This document shows, in pieces, positions 38,665-50,981 of a stretch of 64,000 nucleotides of DNA. A model generated the notes under the pieces. It was not told the DNA's origin. It was given only the letters and a program-made list of their open reading frames with translations, and searched no databases. The translations under genes and the position numbers were made by a program. The number at the start of each line of letters is the position of its first letter. Position 1 is the first letter of the stretch. The DNA comes from a virus (taxonomy: Duplodnaviria; Caudoviricetes): the IMG/VR virus record IMGVR_UViG_3300031760_004865, positions 1-64,000 of that record; one strand, given 5' to 3'.

Positions 38665-40035
38665 TTCCTTTGTTCTGTAATTATTATAACAAAATTTTTT
38701 TGATTTGTCAAGGACTTTTTTTATTTTTTTTAGGCTTTTTTGAACCCCCTTGACCTTGGTTCCGACTGCCTGTTCCCTTGCTGTGATTATATATTACCAC
38801 ACCCCCCACCTAAAATCAACCCCCAGTTTCGGGATTTTATACGGTTCAGCGATTTTCACAAAAATTTGCCCCAAAATTTGTGAAACATTACCACTTGACA
38901 AAATGCCCCGGCGCCAGGTCCGTCGCCGGGGCGCCAATTATACCACATTTGCGGCAATTTGTCAAGAGGAAAATAAAAAAATAAAACGGATTTGAAATCC
39001 GTTTTATTCTTTCAATTCAAAGTCTTCAACTTCAAAATCAATCCAAGTTTCAACAAAATCTTCAAGATCGCTACGCGCAATTTTGTCTATAAGAAAAGAT
39101 TTTGCTTCTTCTTTTGTCATATTGTCAGGGATTTTTACAATACAGCAATTCCGTGTGTAGAAAGAAATTTGTGCGGTCATTTTTATTTTTCTTCTCCTTT
39201 TCTGACTTGCCAATCAACAAACATTTTGGCACCTTTACGACTCCACCATGCTTGAATTTCTGTTCCGATATATACCTATTAAAAATATTATGACTACCAT
39301 TTTTCCCCTTTCTTTTGATAAATTAAGTATACTATACAGGAACCGTTTTGTCAAGAGATAAATTTACCAATCTGTATTCACTCCCATGAAATTTTCGTCA
39401 TCTTCTTTTTCGTAAAAGAGAAGTCCCTCTCTTTCAAGTTCTTCCCACGAATAGGCTTCATGATTGTCTACGTCAATAAACAGACAGCCATATTCATCAT
39501 TTGGATAGCTAACCTGAATAAATGTTCTCAAAGAATTTTGAAAATGAAATTCTTCCATAACGATTCCTCTATTAACATCAATAATCATTTTTTATATCTC
39601 CTTTCTTTTGATAATGTAATTATAAACTGTTTAAAAGGGAAAGTCAATACTAAATTAAAAATTTGAGTGACTATTTAAAAGCCCGGGCGGTTAGGCCAGT
39701 TAAACTGGCCTTATTCCATTGTAATCTTAATAGAAAAGATACCTTTGATTACCGCAATTATGATTGTGAAAAGTAGAACCAATGAAAAAGAAAAAGCAAC
39801 CGTCCAAGTTCCAATCATCGTAACGCCGATAGCTTTCAACAGCGCAATAACAATCCATATAATCGCAGCATTGATAAAAAAACCAAGACCAAATCCTACC
39901 AGAAGGCCAAAGATTACTAATAACATTTTAACTACCTCTCTTTCATTTGATAATGTAATTATAAACTATCCAAAAGGAAAAGTCAATAATTATTTTTTGA
40001 GTAAGCATTCAAGTTGCCTGGGCGATTAGAGGAGA

Positions 40036-40707
40036 TTAACTCTCCTCAATCGGCATATCTCTAAGTTCCCTGTTTATCTGCCTGATAATCTTCTTTGTTT
40101 CTTCAATCCCGATTTTATCAAGGCTCTCGTTTATTTCTTTATAAATCTTTGTTTTAGCTTCTTCAATTTCTGCCGTTCTCTTTTTTTCGGCTCTCATTTT
40201 TGCTACTACTTCCAGACAAGCGGCAAGCTCATCTTCTGACAGAGTAGCAAGGACACCACGATTAGAACAATCTCTTGAGAACCCACCACAAAAGTTGTTC
40301 TCAGTTGTCAGCTCTTTTCTGAAAGCGCAGTAGCCAGTAATAGGCTTGTAGAATTCACACTCTTTACATTTTCCCATTTGATTTACCTCTCTTTCATTTG
40401 ATAGACTAAGTATATCATTTCTTTTTTAGATTGTCAATAATCACTTTGAAATTTGAGCGGTTATTCAGTGCCCGGGCGGTTAGTCCTCACTAACCAGCCC
40501 TGCTCTCAATAATCTATTTATTTCTTGAATAATTTTTCTTGTTTCTTCTGCCCCAATAGTATCAATACAATTATTATATTCAATAAAAAGTTTTTGTCTT
40601 GCTTCTTCTATCAAAGCGGCCTTCTTTTTCGCGGCCCTCATTTTTTCTATAAGTTCACGGCAAGCGGCAATCTCGTCTTGTGAAAGATCAGCCAAAGTAA
40701 TATTCAT
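40036..40707 (-). other. Tandem paralogous small genes 40036-40377 and 40480-40707
   Basis: ATLSEDELAAC.E...KMRA.KK...IEEA vs ADLSQDEIAAC.E...KMRA.KK...IEEA. Confidence 0.7.
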
Positions 40708-41515
40708 ATTTTTTTCCTTTCTCTTTTGGAATTATGAGAAAATGCCAAGTGGCATTTTCTCAAAGATTATAAAGGCGAGGTCTCATTTCATTATCCCACC
40801 AGTTCCCAACATTCTTATCCCACCAGTAAAGATTCTTTTTATCGGAAGAAACCAGATAACTTGAAAACATCATTGCCCCGTAACAACGGTCTCTCAGGGA
40901 AGCAAGGGATGCGTTATTATCTTTGCCGAAAGTTTCATAAGCCCTGATTTCATGCTCGATATATCTTTTCAGGTTTTCAAAGGTTTCATTCATACTCATT
41001 TTCATTACCTCTCTTTCATTTGTTATATTTATTATAATATATTTTTTTTGAAATGTCAATCATCAAAATATTTTTGAATGATTATTCAAAAGGCCCGGGC
41101 GGATTAGGTGAAACTAACCGAAGTTAGTTTCAACTAAGACCCTTTTCTTTTTCGAATAATTCAACAGCCCATTTGGCAAGCTCATAAGAGTGGTAAGGAA
41201 TATTCAGCCGACTAGCACATTCAAAAAGCCACGGGACAATTTGGTTTTCAGGTTCAAACCACTCGGACAACTTAAAATCTGAGAAGTGGAAAACACAATC
41301 AGGATGCTTTGTAGAACCGCCCCAGATTTGGAGAATAGTATCACGAGATTCAATATCAGAGTATAATTTGAACTGTGTCATTTTTATCCCTACCTTTCTT
41401 TTAATATATTTATTATAACAAAAATAATCTAAAAAGTCAAATAAAGATTTTAAGTGCCTGCTCAAAATGCCCGGGCGGTTAGACCAGTCTAACCGCAGTT
41501 CAAAAAAGAAGAGGG

Positions 41516-41914
41516 TCATGCCCTCTTCTTGTAGATAATACCTGTTTTCGAGTGCCCCTTTTCGTCCTTGTATTTTCCCTTATCCTCACGGATGAGTTTG
41601 CCATCTTCGGCAAGAGAGGACAGGACACGAGTGATGAAGGAAGTCGAAGCCCCAACCTTTTCAGCGATAACGCAAGGACGGAAACCCTCAGCAGGGAAGT
41701 CAAGAGCCATTACCTCAGTGGCAAGGCGTTCCCTCTCTTCCGCCTTTTCCTTATCCTTTTTGGTAGGCTTGGACGGATGAGCGGCTTCACGCTCTTTTAC
41801 GTCTTTGAGGGCTTTCAGCTTTTCGATCAGCTCTTCTTTGCCCTCGATAGCGGAAATGATTTCGATAGCGTCAGCGAGTGCGGATACATAAGTCATCTTT
41901 GTCATACTAATCAC
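41516..41914 (-). CDS. Coiled-coil + wHTH protein
   Basis: MTYVSAL...PSKP...IAEKVGASTSFITRVLSSLAEDG. Confidence 0.6.
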   Translation of the reverse strand: MISMTKMTYVSALADAIEIISAIEGKEELIEKLKALKDVKEREAAHPSKPTKKDKEKAEERERLATEVMALDFPAEGFRPCVIAEKVGASTSFITRVLSSLAEDGKLIREDKGKYKDEKGHSKTGIIYKKRA

Positions 41915-43712
41915 CTTTTACCTTTCACTATTGGAGTGTTTGTTGTTTTCTATGGTCTTATTATAACCGATATTCAGTTGTTTGTCAAGGGGCTTTTTCA
42001 AGATTTTTATTTGTTGGGGGAATGAAGAAAGGAACGGCGCCATCTTCTTTTCATTCTCATTCTCAGGAACTTCATCTCTGTCATCCCCTTGACAAGTATT
42101 AGTATATCAGATAGGGGCGAATTCGTCAATAGCATTTGAAAAAGTTTTTCATTTTGAGTGGGCGCTCAAAGCGCCCGGGCAAAGGTAGAGGAGACTAACC
42201 TTAGTCAGTCTCCCAATACTCATCATCTTCATCCCAGAATGTGGCGAAATCATCACATTCAAAGTTATTCTCTAACGAACAAGTCCCGTCTATATTGTAA
42301 TAAGGACAATCCCAACCATTCACAGGACAAAACACTTTTGCGTTTTTAGGTTTTCTCATATTTTCTTACCTCTCTTTCATGATTTAATTATAGCAAATCC
42401 AAAAGAAAAAAGCAAGAGTTATTTTATTTTTGAGCGGGCACTCAACCGCCCGGGCGATTAGAGGGGTCTAACCCCTCAATCGTCCTCATACTCTGTTTCA
42501 ACGAACATTTCAGGTTTCAGTTCAACGAACCAATCCCAAGCCTGATCGCAGGCTTCTTCCTCTGTGTATTTATCCATATCAAATTCGTAGGTGGCTTCCT
42601 GAGATACTGTGATAACCCATTTTCCATTCTTTTTTGTCATCATTTTTATTACCCCTCTTTCATATTTTAAAAATTAGCTAAAATATATCTAGCAGCGTCT
42701 TTTAAAATTTGTAATTTAGTTTCTTTGGGGATTTCTTCTACTTCGCAATTATCTGAAATATAATCCATAGTAGCATCATAAAGAACGTCAGCGAGATATT
42801 CAATATCCATAGGAATCTCAACAGAAAAAGTATAAACAGTAGTCATTTGTTTTTCTCCTTTTCTTTTGATAGTTTAATTATAGCACATCAGGTTTTGATT
42901 GTCAAACTAAATTATTAAAAATTATTAGAAACTTGAAACCCAAATCTCTGACCGTTTCGGCATCTGCTTCTGCTTCAGACAGACTATCACAAACCGAATA
43001 CAAATCATATTCCCCGTTTTTTTCCTTATCCCAAACTACAATATAAGGAAAATCATTCGCAAAAGATGGTAAATATTTTATTTCCATTTTTTTATCTCCC
43101 CTTCATTTGATAAACTTATTATAACAAAAATAATTTAAAAAGTCAATTACTAATTTTTGAGTGGTTGTTCAAAACGCCCGGGCAATTAAAGAAAACTAAC
43201 CGAAGTTAGTTTTCTCTATAAAATATTATCATCCCAGAGCATTGCGTCAAAAGTTTAATTTTTTCAATAGAATCGTATAATTTGGGATCTATTGGAATAC
43301 CTGAGAGTTTAGATGTGGTTAATGCTCCATCTAATATTGATGCTAACAAATTAGATGTTTGAATATCCCAATCAATAGTTTTAGCAGTCATCTGTAAAGC
43401 ACCCCATGTAAGGATCATAACCAATTTCATAATCCCAATCATCATAATCATCGTAATCTTCTTCGGGTTCAGGTTCCACGCAGAAGTATTCACAAGTGGA
43501 AGGAAATTCAGCATTGTAAGGACACGGGCCAAAATCACAGGGAGTTATTTTTCTCAGACTCATAATTTTTATTTCCTTTCTTTTGATAATACTATTATAT
43601 CATAAAGAAACAGAAAGTCAATATCTTATTTCAAATAGTCGCTCAAACCGCCCGGGCAATTAAGGCTCTCTAACTCTAATTTGGAAAAGAAAAGGGGCGT
43701 TTGCCCCTTTTG

Positions 43713-44207
43713 TCATACTTTCTCGCAAGTGATAGCACTTTCCATTAGCACCCACTGAGAACCGATTTTGATAAACGGCATTTCAATTAGGTAACAATCA
43801 TCAGTTGAGGTCTGTGCGAATGTATCAAATAGAATCAGTGTATCACCATCAAGAGTAGCGTAGATAATATCCATGAAACTGTCTTTGATGTCTGTTCCGA
43901 GAGGAAGCTGTTTATAACATTTGAAAGCAAGATCTTCACTATCCTGAGATCCAACAAAAGCTGTAATAGTGGCAAAAGCAGTCCAATCAGTACTGTCAAA
44001 CTCTTCGCCCTCTTCCTGTTTCATTGTCAGATAGGAAAGCGGGATCATTGTTTCTTTATAGTTACTATCCTTGATCCAAGCAGAAGCCTTAGTCAGTGAG
44101 TAAGCTGTGCCATAAGTTTCAAGCACGGATTTTTCAGCTGCGAAAGTCGGAACGGAAAGAGCGAGAATCATAACAACAGCGGCAATCATCTTCATCATCT
44201 TTTTCAT
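43713..44207 (-). CDS. Secreted hypothetical protein
   Basis: Signal peptide MKKMMKMIAAVVMILALSVPTFA. Confidence 0.6.
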   Translation of the reverse strand: MKKMMKMIAAVVMILALSVPTFAAEKSVLETYGTAYSLTKASAWIKDSNYKETMIPLSYLTMKQEEGEEFDSTDWTAFATITAFVGSQDSEDLAFKCYKQLPLGTDIKDSFMDIIYATLDGDTLILFDTFAQTSTDDCYLIEMPFIKIGSQWVLMESAITCEKV

Positions 44208-44348
44208 TTTCTTTTTTCCTTTCTTATTAGGTGTTTTGTTTTCTTTGATGATATTAGTATATCATTCATTATTAACTTTGTCAATAATCAATTTAATTTT
44301 TTTAGTTTTTGAGCGGGCGTTCAAATGCCTGGGCTTTTGAGTAAGCCC

Positions 44349-44711
44349 TCAGGAACGGGGCTTACTCAAAACGATTTTATATTTCACGTTATTCAGGTGA
44401 AAAATAAATTCTCGTTCGGCATTTGTTATTTCAACAGAACCGCCCAGATTTTCAATTGAAGAAACTAACGCGGAAATGATTTCAGATTTTTCAGCGTCTT
44501 TCTTCTTTTCTCTTTTGGAATTATCAAATTTATAAACAGTAGGCTTGCGGTCAGCTTGACGGGCTTTTTTGCTTGCTTTCTCCTGCTCTTTGGAAAGTTC
44601 AAATAACTTTTCGCCTTTATCTATTTTTTTGTCATCCTCAACTAGCTTTTTTGCTTCGTCCTCAGATATTCCAAGGATTCGCATCAATTTTTCAATCTGA
44701 TTTTCAGCCAA
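44349..44711 (-). CDS. Hypothetical protein (paralogue of 37679-38068)
   Basis: Shared motifs as above. Confidence 0.6.
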   Translation of the reverse strand: MAENQIEKLMRILGISEDEAKKLVEDDKKIDKGEKLFELSKEQEKASKKARQADRKPTVYKFDNSKREKKKDAEKSEIISALVSSIENLGGSVEITNAEREFIFHLNNVKYKIVLSKPRS

Positions 44712-44853
44712 ATTTTATTTCCCCCTTTCATTTTTCTATATATATTATAATATATTTTTTTTAAAAAATCAAGTAAAAGATTTTTCAAATCAAAAGTAAA
44801 GGAACGATTTGAGTGGTCGTTTGAAAAACCCGGGCGGTTTGAGAGGTTGAACC

Positions 44854-45297
44854 TTAGTTCAAACCTCTCAGAATTTCAAGAATATTCTCAACTCCAAATG
44901 CTTCACCCGTCCAGTTCTGACGATTCTTTTCCTCATCATCGAAAAGAATGTCTTTTTCAGTTTTTGCGAACTTTTCTTTGGCAGTTCCATAAGGAACAAT
45001 GTTGATTTCATCAAATTCAACAGAAGGAAGGTGAGTTTTCAGCCAATTCTTTTTTGCTTCTGTAACTTTTTCGTCATATTCGGGAGTGCTGTTTTTGGAA
45101 AGCCAACTGATAATCCCTACCCTGTATCCCTCATCCTGTAATCTGTGAAGGATACGAGCCAAAGCGGAAAGTCTGATAAGTGGTTTTGCGATTTCATAAG
45201 GAAGGCTGTCAGAAGCGATTAGAAAATCCAACCAGTTTTCAACCCCATAAAGATCAGCGATTGTGCCATCCATATCAAAAAAGATTGTTCTTGTCAT
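44854..45297 (-). CDS. HAD-family 5'(3')-nucleotidase-like protein
   Basis: IFFDMDGTIADL...K..WL...LFDD. Confidence 0.8.
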   Translation of the reverse strand: MTRTIFFDMDGTIADLYGVENWLDFLIASDSLPYEIAKPLIRLSALARILHRLQDEGYRVGIISWLSKNSTPEYDEKVTEAKKNWLKTHLPSVEFDEINIVPYGTAKEKFAKTEKDILFDDEEKNRQNWTGEAFGVENILEILRGLN

Positions 45298-46401
45298 TTT
45301 TTTATCCCCCTTGTTCTTTTCTTGATTATATTATATCAGCTGTTTCCAGTTCTGTCAATACCTTTTTGAGAAAAATTTTATATTTTCTACGTGCCTTGCG
45401 TTTAATTTTCTTTTCAAGTTTATTTTTACCTTTTGTGTGTGGCATAATTGAACGGCAATTCAAATCCCACGCGGTCATATCCTGAACCGTTTCTCTTTTG
45501 AAGTTATCCATTTTTTGTTCCCCCTCTCTGTTGATACTTATATATTATCACATCCAGTAGAGAAAAGCAAGAGCCAATTTACGTTTTGAGTGCTTATTCA
45601 AAGCGCCCGGGCGATTGAGCAAACGCTCAACCGCTCAGCTTACGCAAAACGCGCTTGCCCTTGTAGGGTTCCTTTGGCTCTACCAATTCGGAATACACCG
45701 TCTTGTAAGTAGCCTTGGGGCCGATCTCGGCGACCATTGCCTTAGCTTCAAACAGTGTGGAAACAGTCTTTACCTTTACATTGCCGAAATAGATTTCATA
45801 ACTAACTTTCGTCATATTTACCACCTTTTACCTTTCGTTTGAGTTTTCACTTGTTACTAAGGGCTGTCAGGGGCTTACAATACTCAACCAGAGCAAGTCA
45901 GTAGCCGAATATTGTTTTTTGTGCCCCTTCCGCATTCCCTCTCTTTCTATGGTCTTATTATAACAGATTGAGAGGGTTTTGTCAATCCCTAACTTTTAGA
46001 ATTGGATCATCTTTTATATTCATGGGCGTGTGATTGTCGCTCATTTCAAGCGTGTATTCTTTGCCGATTTCATAAATCTTATCGGTCGTATCCCATCCCC
46101 AAAGATTACCCGTTTTATCTTCAAAGGTATGCTCTCCATTATAAGAAGCAATACAGACCGCGGAACGGGTATATCTTGTTTCATCATAGGCAATAAAGCC
46201 AAATGTGGAAATCGTGACGGCAGCGGTTGTTATACCATAAATCAGACGCATCATTTTTTTATTTCCCCCTTATTCTTTCCTTTTGGATTGTATAATAATT
46301 ATAACAAAAATTTTTTGAAATGTCAATAAAAAGTTTTCAAATGCTTACTCAAAAGGCCCGGGCAAAACTTGTCATATAGCAAAAAAAAGAGCCTTTACTT
46401 T

Positions 46402-46869
46402 TCAGTTAAGGCTCTCTAAGAAGGCGAGCATTTTTCCGCTTTCAGCTTTGAATCTTACAAATCCGCGTTCATTCATTCCGCTAAACTTGAAACAGAATGT
46501 TCTGAATTCGTCCGCATTCATCATATAGAGTGTGGCGTTTTCTTCTATAACGCTGACCCAGATGAACAGGTCACTATGGACGTTTTCAAAGTAGGTGTCA
46601 AGGCTTTCGCCTAAGTCGTTACCGAGTTTCATATTCACAAGCGTTGCCTTGCTAGATTTTACGCTTGCGTTCATTTCCGGGATGTCGCTTCCCATATCAT
46701 AACGGGTGTTCGCATCTTTACCGCCCATATAGCCGGTCATATACTTAGCTACGATCTCTTTGAATTCGCCACCGTTCATATAGTGCGTGCCGTCCAGTGT
46801 ATAAGGAGCACCTTTATGAGCCGAATTGAATGTATACTCAAAACCGATCTGTCCGCTGATTTTTTTCAT
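46402..46869 (-). CDS. Hypothetical protein
   Basis: Start at MKKISGQ after a promoter and SD. Confidence 0.55.
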   Translation of the reverse strand: MKKISGQIGFEYTFNSAHKGAPYTLDGTHYMNGGEFKEIVAKYMTGYMGGKDANTRYDMGSDIPEMNASVKSSKATLVNMKLGNDLGESLDTYFENVHSDLFIWVSVIEENATLYMMNADEFRTFCFKFSGMNERGFVRFKAESGKMLAFLESLN

Positions 46870-49215
46870 TTTTGTTTCCCCCTTGCTTTTGTTATACTCA
46901 TTATAAGCGATAGACGGGGAAAAGTCAAGAGGGGATTTGAAATTTTTTATTTTCAGAATTGTCAGACATTTGTTTGAACGCTCATTCAAATTTTGCCACT
47001 TCACAGTAGTAAAGCGTTACCACTTCATCGTGATGAAGTGTAGTGCTTTACAGCGGTAAAGTGTTACACTTCACCGTGGTAAAGTATCTGAATTGTCTGA
47101 CAGTTTCAGGATTTTTCTGACAACTCTAAATTGTCAGACAATTGTGAATATTTTATCGCTTCACCGCGTTGAAGCGCCAAAACGGGCCGCTCTGACCGGC
47201 AGCGGCCCGCCGAGCAAGGCTTAATAAGAGGAAGAAGACTTCTTAAAAGTCCTCTTCCTCTTCTTCGAATCTCCATGTCATAGCTGTGTCAAAGTATCTC
47301 TGTTCGTTGTAGATGTCCTTCCAAGCCCATGTGCTGTAATACAGTGTTGGCTCGCTCTCGAAGCCGTACTTTGTAATCAGTGCCTGTAAGTGAGCGTCTC
47401 TTTTTTCTTCTCTTTCCCACATCTTCATAATTCTTTATCCTCTCTTTGTTTTTTTCCCTTTCGGTAATTATAGTATATCAAAAAGCCGGGCAAATGTCAA
47501 CCCCTTTTTTATTTTTCTTTTCTTTTTTTTTTGTTTGTGCCCCTCTTATTAGAAGGGCACAATGCCGAAAGTGTATTTGATTGTATAGAACTTGCTGTCT
47601 TTCCATTGACTGTCAAGATAGCTGAAATCTACTGCTTTCTCTGTGTTATAGTATTTATTATAGATGTTTGCCACTTGCTGTCTTTCCTCTGTTGTTGCGT
47701 CTTGCCACAGCTTGTCATACTCTGTCATAGCTCTATCCCCCTCTCTTTCTCTCTGTCTTTGTGTTCCCCTCTCTATGCTTTTATTATAGCATAGCCGGCC
47801 TTTTCTGTCAAGAAAAAACTTACTAATATTTATAAGATATTAGCAAGCCTGAGAAAATAAGAAGCTATTGCGGTCAGTGTTACAAAAGCGGCACACATGA
47901 TGATAATATCAGTGATTAGGCTCTTAGTATTTGTCATAGTGTTTATCCTCCTTGTTCTGCCTTCTATTGTATCACTTCTCTGTTGGAATGTCAAGAGCTT
48001 TTATTCTCTTATTATTGTTATTATCTTCTCTCTCTTTCTTTCTCTCTTGTGTGTTGTCTTATATCTCATCATTGTAGATGCGTCCAACCTCGTAGTCCTC
48101 TACTGTGTATAGCCAGTAGTTCTGCTCTCTCTCCAGTCGCTCTGCCAGTGCGTTAGCTTCTGCCTCATCAAGGACTACTGCTGCGATGTATTCCATGTAG
48201 TCCTCAGGATACTCTTCTTTATTGAAACCTTTTACGATGTATGCCTTCATTTTTATTTCCTCTCTTTCTTTCCTTTGATGATTTTATTATATCAGAAACC
48301 CAGTTGATTGTCAATACCTTTTTCAAATTTCTTCTGCTTCTATTATTTCGTATCCTGCGAGCACCAGTCCTGTGAAACCCTTGTTGTCTGTAATGACTAC
48401 CTCTGTGTCCTTTGTATCAAGGTTCATCACGGTTACTCTGTATGTCCTCTTTGTCTCTCTCTTTGCGAACAGTCTAAGCATCTTGTTATCCTCTCTTTCC
48501 TTCTGTGTTCCTCTTGATGATGTTATTATATCAAAGGCCCGGCCTTTTGTCAATAGGCTGTTGGAAATTTTTTTATTTTTTTTTAGGGGTTAGAAATCTC
48601 TAACTGTGGTTAGTTAAGTTGAACTAACTATAATGATAGTTTATTCAGTAAGCAATAAAAATAGTTAAGCACCTCTAACCATAGTTAGAGAAGCTTAACT
48701 ATTTTAAGCGTTTTGGGAGTAACGATGAACTATCAGAAAACTTGCCAAATTGTCAGAAAATTGCTGAACCATTAAAACTGCGCGAAAATCGGCCTGCTTT
48801 GGTCGTCAGCAGGCCGCCGAAATTAGGGGTGGCAATACTTTTTCTGTGAGAGCGTGAGATATTTTTTCAACATACCGCTGAGATTTTTTTCGTAGAAGAA
48901 ACCAAAAGGTGGGGGGGGGGTGGTTTTGGGAAAAAATTTTTTATTTTCTGACAATTCACTTTGCTCTGGACCAAACTTTTTCTAAACCTATTTTTCATTT
49001 TCGGATTACGAAGCTTTTGAGAAAGCTCATTGCTCTTCTTCTTCTGCCTGAGTTCTTGGACTCTCTGTTCCAAAAGTATGATCTTCAATTTTTTCAATAT
49101 AGTAATCTTTATTACTATCAATTATCACCAAAATTGTCCCCACACTCCCATTATCAAAAACGGTCATCATAATATCATTGATAATTTGAACTCCATTCAA
49201 ATCATCAGTATCACT

Positions 49216-49671
49216 CTAAAGTTTTGGAGTATCTTCAATTTCATAGGGAGGACTACTTACTGTCAATTTTTCTTTGGTATGTATTTCTTCCAATTCCACC
49301 ACATACCAATATCTCGTATTGTGATAATCTAAATGACTTTTCGTATTTACAATTTTATAAGTCCCAACTTTCGCATTTCCAACAGAGACACAGTATCCAT
49401 GCGCGTAGGCTATCACGTCATTATCTTTTATCTCATAAATCCCATAACTTCCATCAGCTAAATCAATTGCCGTTAAATAAGGCTGCGTATAAACATTATT
49501 TTCTAAAAATAAACTTGCTTCAATATCAATCGGCGGCACGCCCATCATTATCACCCTATTCAACTCTTTTTCGACCTACGTATTAATTTCTCTATCTACA
49601 TTTCTAGCAACGACTGAGCCAAGCAATATCCCCACCACGGCACAACCAGCAATCATTAAATTTCCTTTCAT
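49216..49671 (-). CDS. Membrane-anchored hypothetical protein (1 TAG)
   Basis: N-terminal TM segment MKGNLMIAGCAVVGILLGSVVA joins ORF 49216-49563 through one TAG. Confidence 0.5.
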
Positions 49672-49904
49672 CTTTTTTGGAAGAAGCGCTGCTTCTTCCA
49701 AAAAAGCTTTGCTCCTTCAAACTCCTTTCAAAAATTTCTTCTTTGAGAGGAGCATAGCTCCTCTCAAAGAAATTATATCAAAAATTTTTTTATTTGTCAA
49801 GTAAAAATTCCTTGACTTTGCCCAAAAAATGCGGTAATATAAAGGTATGAGGGACAAGCCCTCATACCTTTATATTTTTTTTATTTTGGAGGTTCTTATA
49901 TAGA

Positions 49905-50981
49905 ATGATAAAATTAGACTACACGATTGAATCTCCAGAAGAGAGAAACGAATTAGTCAAAAAAATTCTTGCCGAAGCAGAAGCCCAAGGCGGTGAAGCT
50001 GCCCTGAATCCGGCTTATTTAGAAATTTTAGCTGACTATCTCGTTCTTTGTATGGAGAAACAAGAAAAAAAGGAGAAGAAAATCCTCACTGAAAACCGAA
50101 TGGCAACAGTGAATAAACGTGAAACTTCTTTTGAAGGTCTTGTTTCCACACTTGAAAATGGCGAAGATGGCATATATAATTTGATAAATGAAAGTAAGAC
50201 AACAATATTCCAACCAAAAGTATCAATAACTAAAAAAGATTTAGAAGAAATTCCTTTCCTAAAACAATTAAAAGAAACCATTGCCGTGTGGGAAGAAAAA
50301 TTGAAAAAAGCAGAAGGGCGAGATCGTTATATCATCAAAAAAGCTCTAATAGAAATGCGTAAAGACCAATATGTAATAAAAGAAGGATACCGCCAACCCA
50401 TTCGGTTCAATAAAATTACCCGTTCAAAACACTACACTCGTTTTGATGATTCATATTTCTTTGACGATGATGGTTACGTGGTTGGTGAGGGATTCTCCCT
50501 CACCAACCCAAAGGTTTGTTCCGCAATTCTTTGCAATTATTCCCGATTAAAAGAACAAGCCTACGGACAATTTGAAAGTGACTTATATTACCTAATATAT
50601 TCTTTTGATGAACTTGCCGAAAAGGTTCTTGCCGAAGAGCCTCTTTACCGACAAATCGTAATCGACAAAATAGATGGGATGCCGAATAACGACATCCAAG
50701 TAGATTTATTACAGCGGTTTGGAAAGACCCACTCATCAGAATATATCTCATCTCTTTGGCGGAAAAAAATTCCCAACTTAATTGCCTCGGCCGCTGAAGA
50801 TGAAATTTTAGATTGGCATTTTTTAGTAAAAGAAAAAGGACGTTATAAAAGATGTAGCCGTTGTGGGCAAATCAAATTAGCCCATAATAAATACTTTTCT
50901 AAAAATAAAACATCAAAAGACGGCTTTTATTCCATCTGTAAAAAATGCCGAAATCGTAAAGGAGGTAATAAAGATGGCTGA
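49905..50981 (+). CDS. Hypothetical protein with C-terminal Zn ribbon, first gene of the late module
   Basis: 358 aa; KRCSRCG...CKKC. Confidence 0.6.
   Translation: MIKLDYTIESPEERNELVKKILAEAEAQGGEAALNPAYLEILADYLVLCMEKQEKKEKKILTENRMATVNKRETSFEGLVSTLENGEDGIYNLINESKTTIFQPKVSITKKDLEEIPFLKQLKETIAVWEEKLKKAEGRDRYIIKKALIEMRKDQYVIKEGYRQPIRFNKITRSKHYTRFDDSYFFDDDGYVVGEGFSLTNPKVCSAILCNYSRLKEQAYGQFESDLYYLIYSFDELAEKVLAEEPLYRQIVIDKIDGMPNNDIQVDLLQRFGKTHSSEYISSLWRKKIPNLIASAAEDEILDWHFLVKEKGRYKRCSRCGQIKLAHNKYFSKNKTSKDGFYSICKKCRNRKGGNKDG

Larger units (their letters stand above)
36741..46363. repeat. 16 copies of an intergenic element TTGAR-N6-YTCAA / GCCCGGGC / GTTAG-N6-CTAAC
   Basis: Cores at 36741, 37618, 38165, 39681, 40016, 40470, 41093, 41469, 42173, 42448, 43176, 43650, 44327, 44828, 45605, 46356. 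Confidence 0.9.
9220..49800 (-). promoter_or_regulatory. Highly conserved sigmaA-type early promoter TTGATT(T)-A6T5-TG(A/T)TATAAT, about 20 copies
   Basis: Plus-strand form attatatcaaaaatttttt(a/g)aaaaatcaa near 9.23, 12.31, 16.71, 17.83, 19.03, 19.39, 20.57, 22.40, 22.67, 23.03, 27.6, 29.0, 29.1, 29.2, 30.97, 32.44, 32.66, 35.52, 35.96, 44.75, 49.78 kb. Confidence 0.8.

Noticed and set aside
36741-46363. Integron with attC sites
   Set aside because: No integrase in the window, each gene has its own promoter, and the R''-L''-L'-R' fold is not matched; only a superficial TAAC/GTTA similarity
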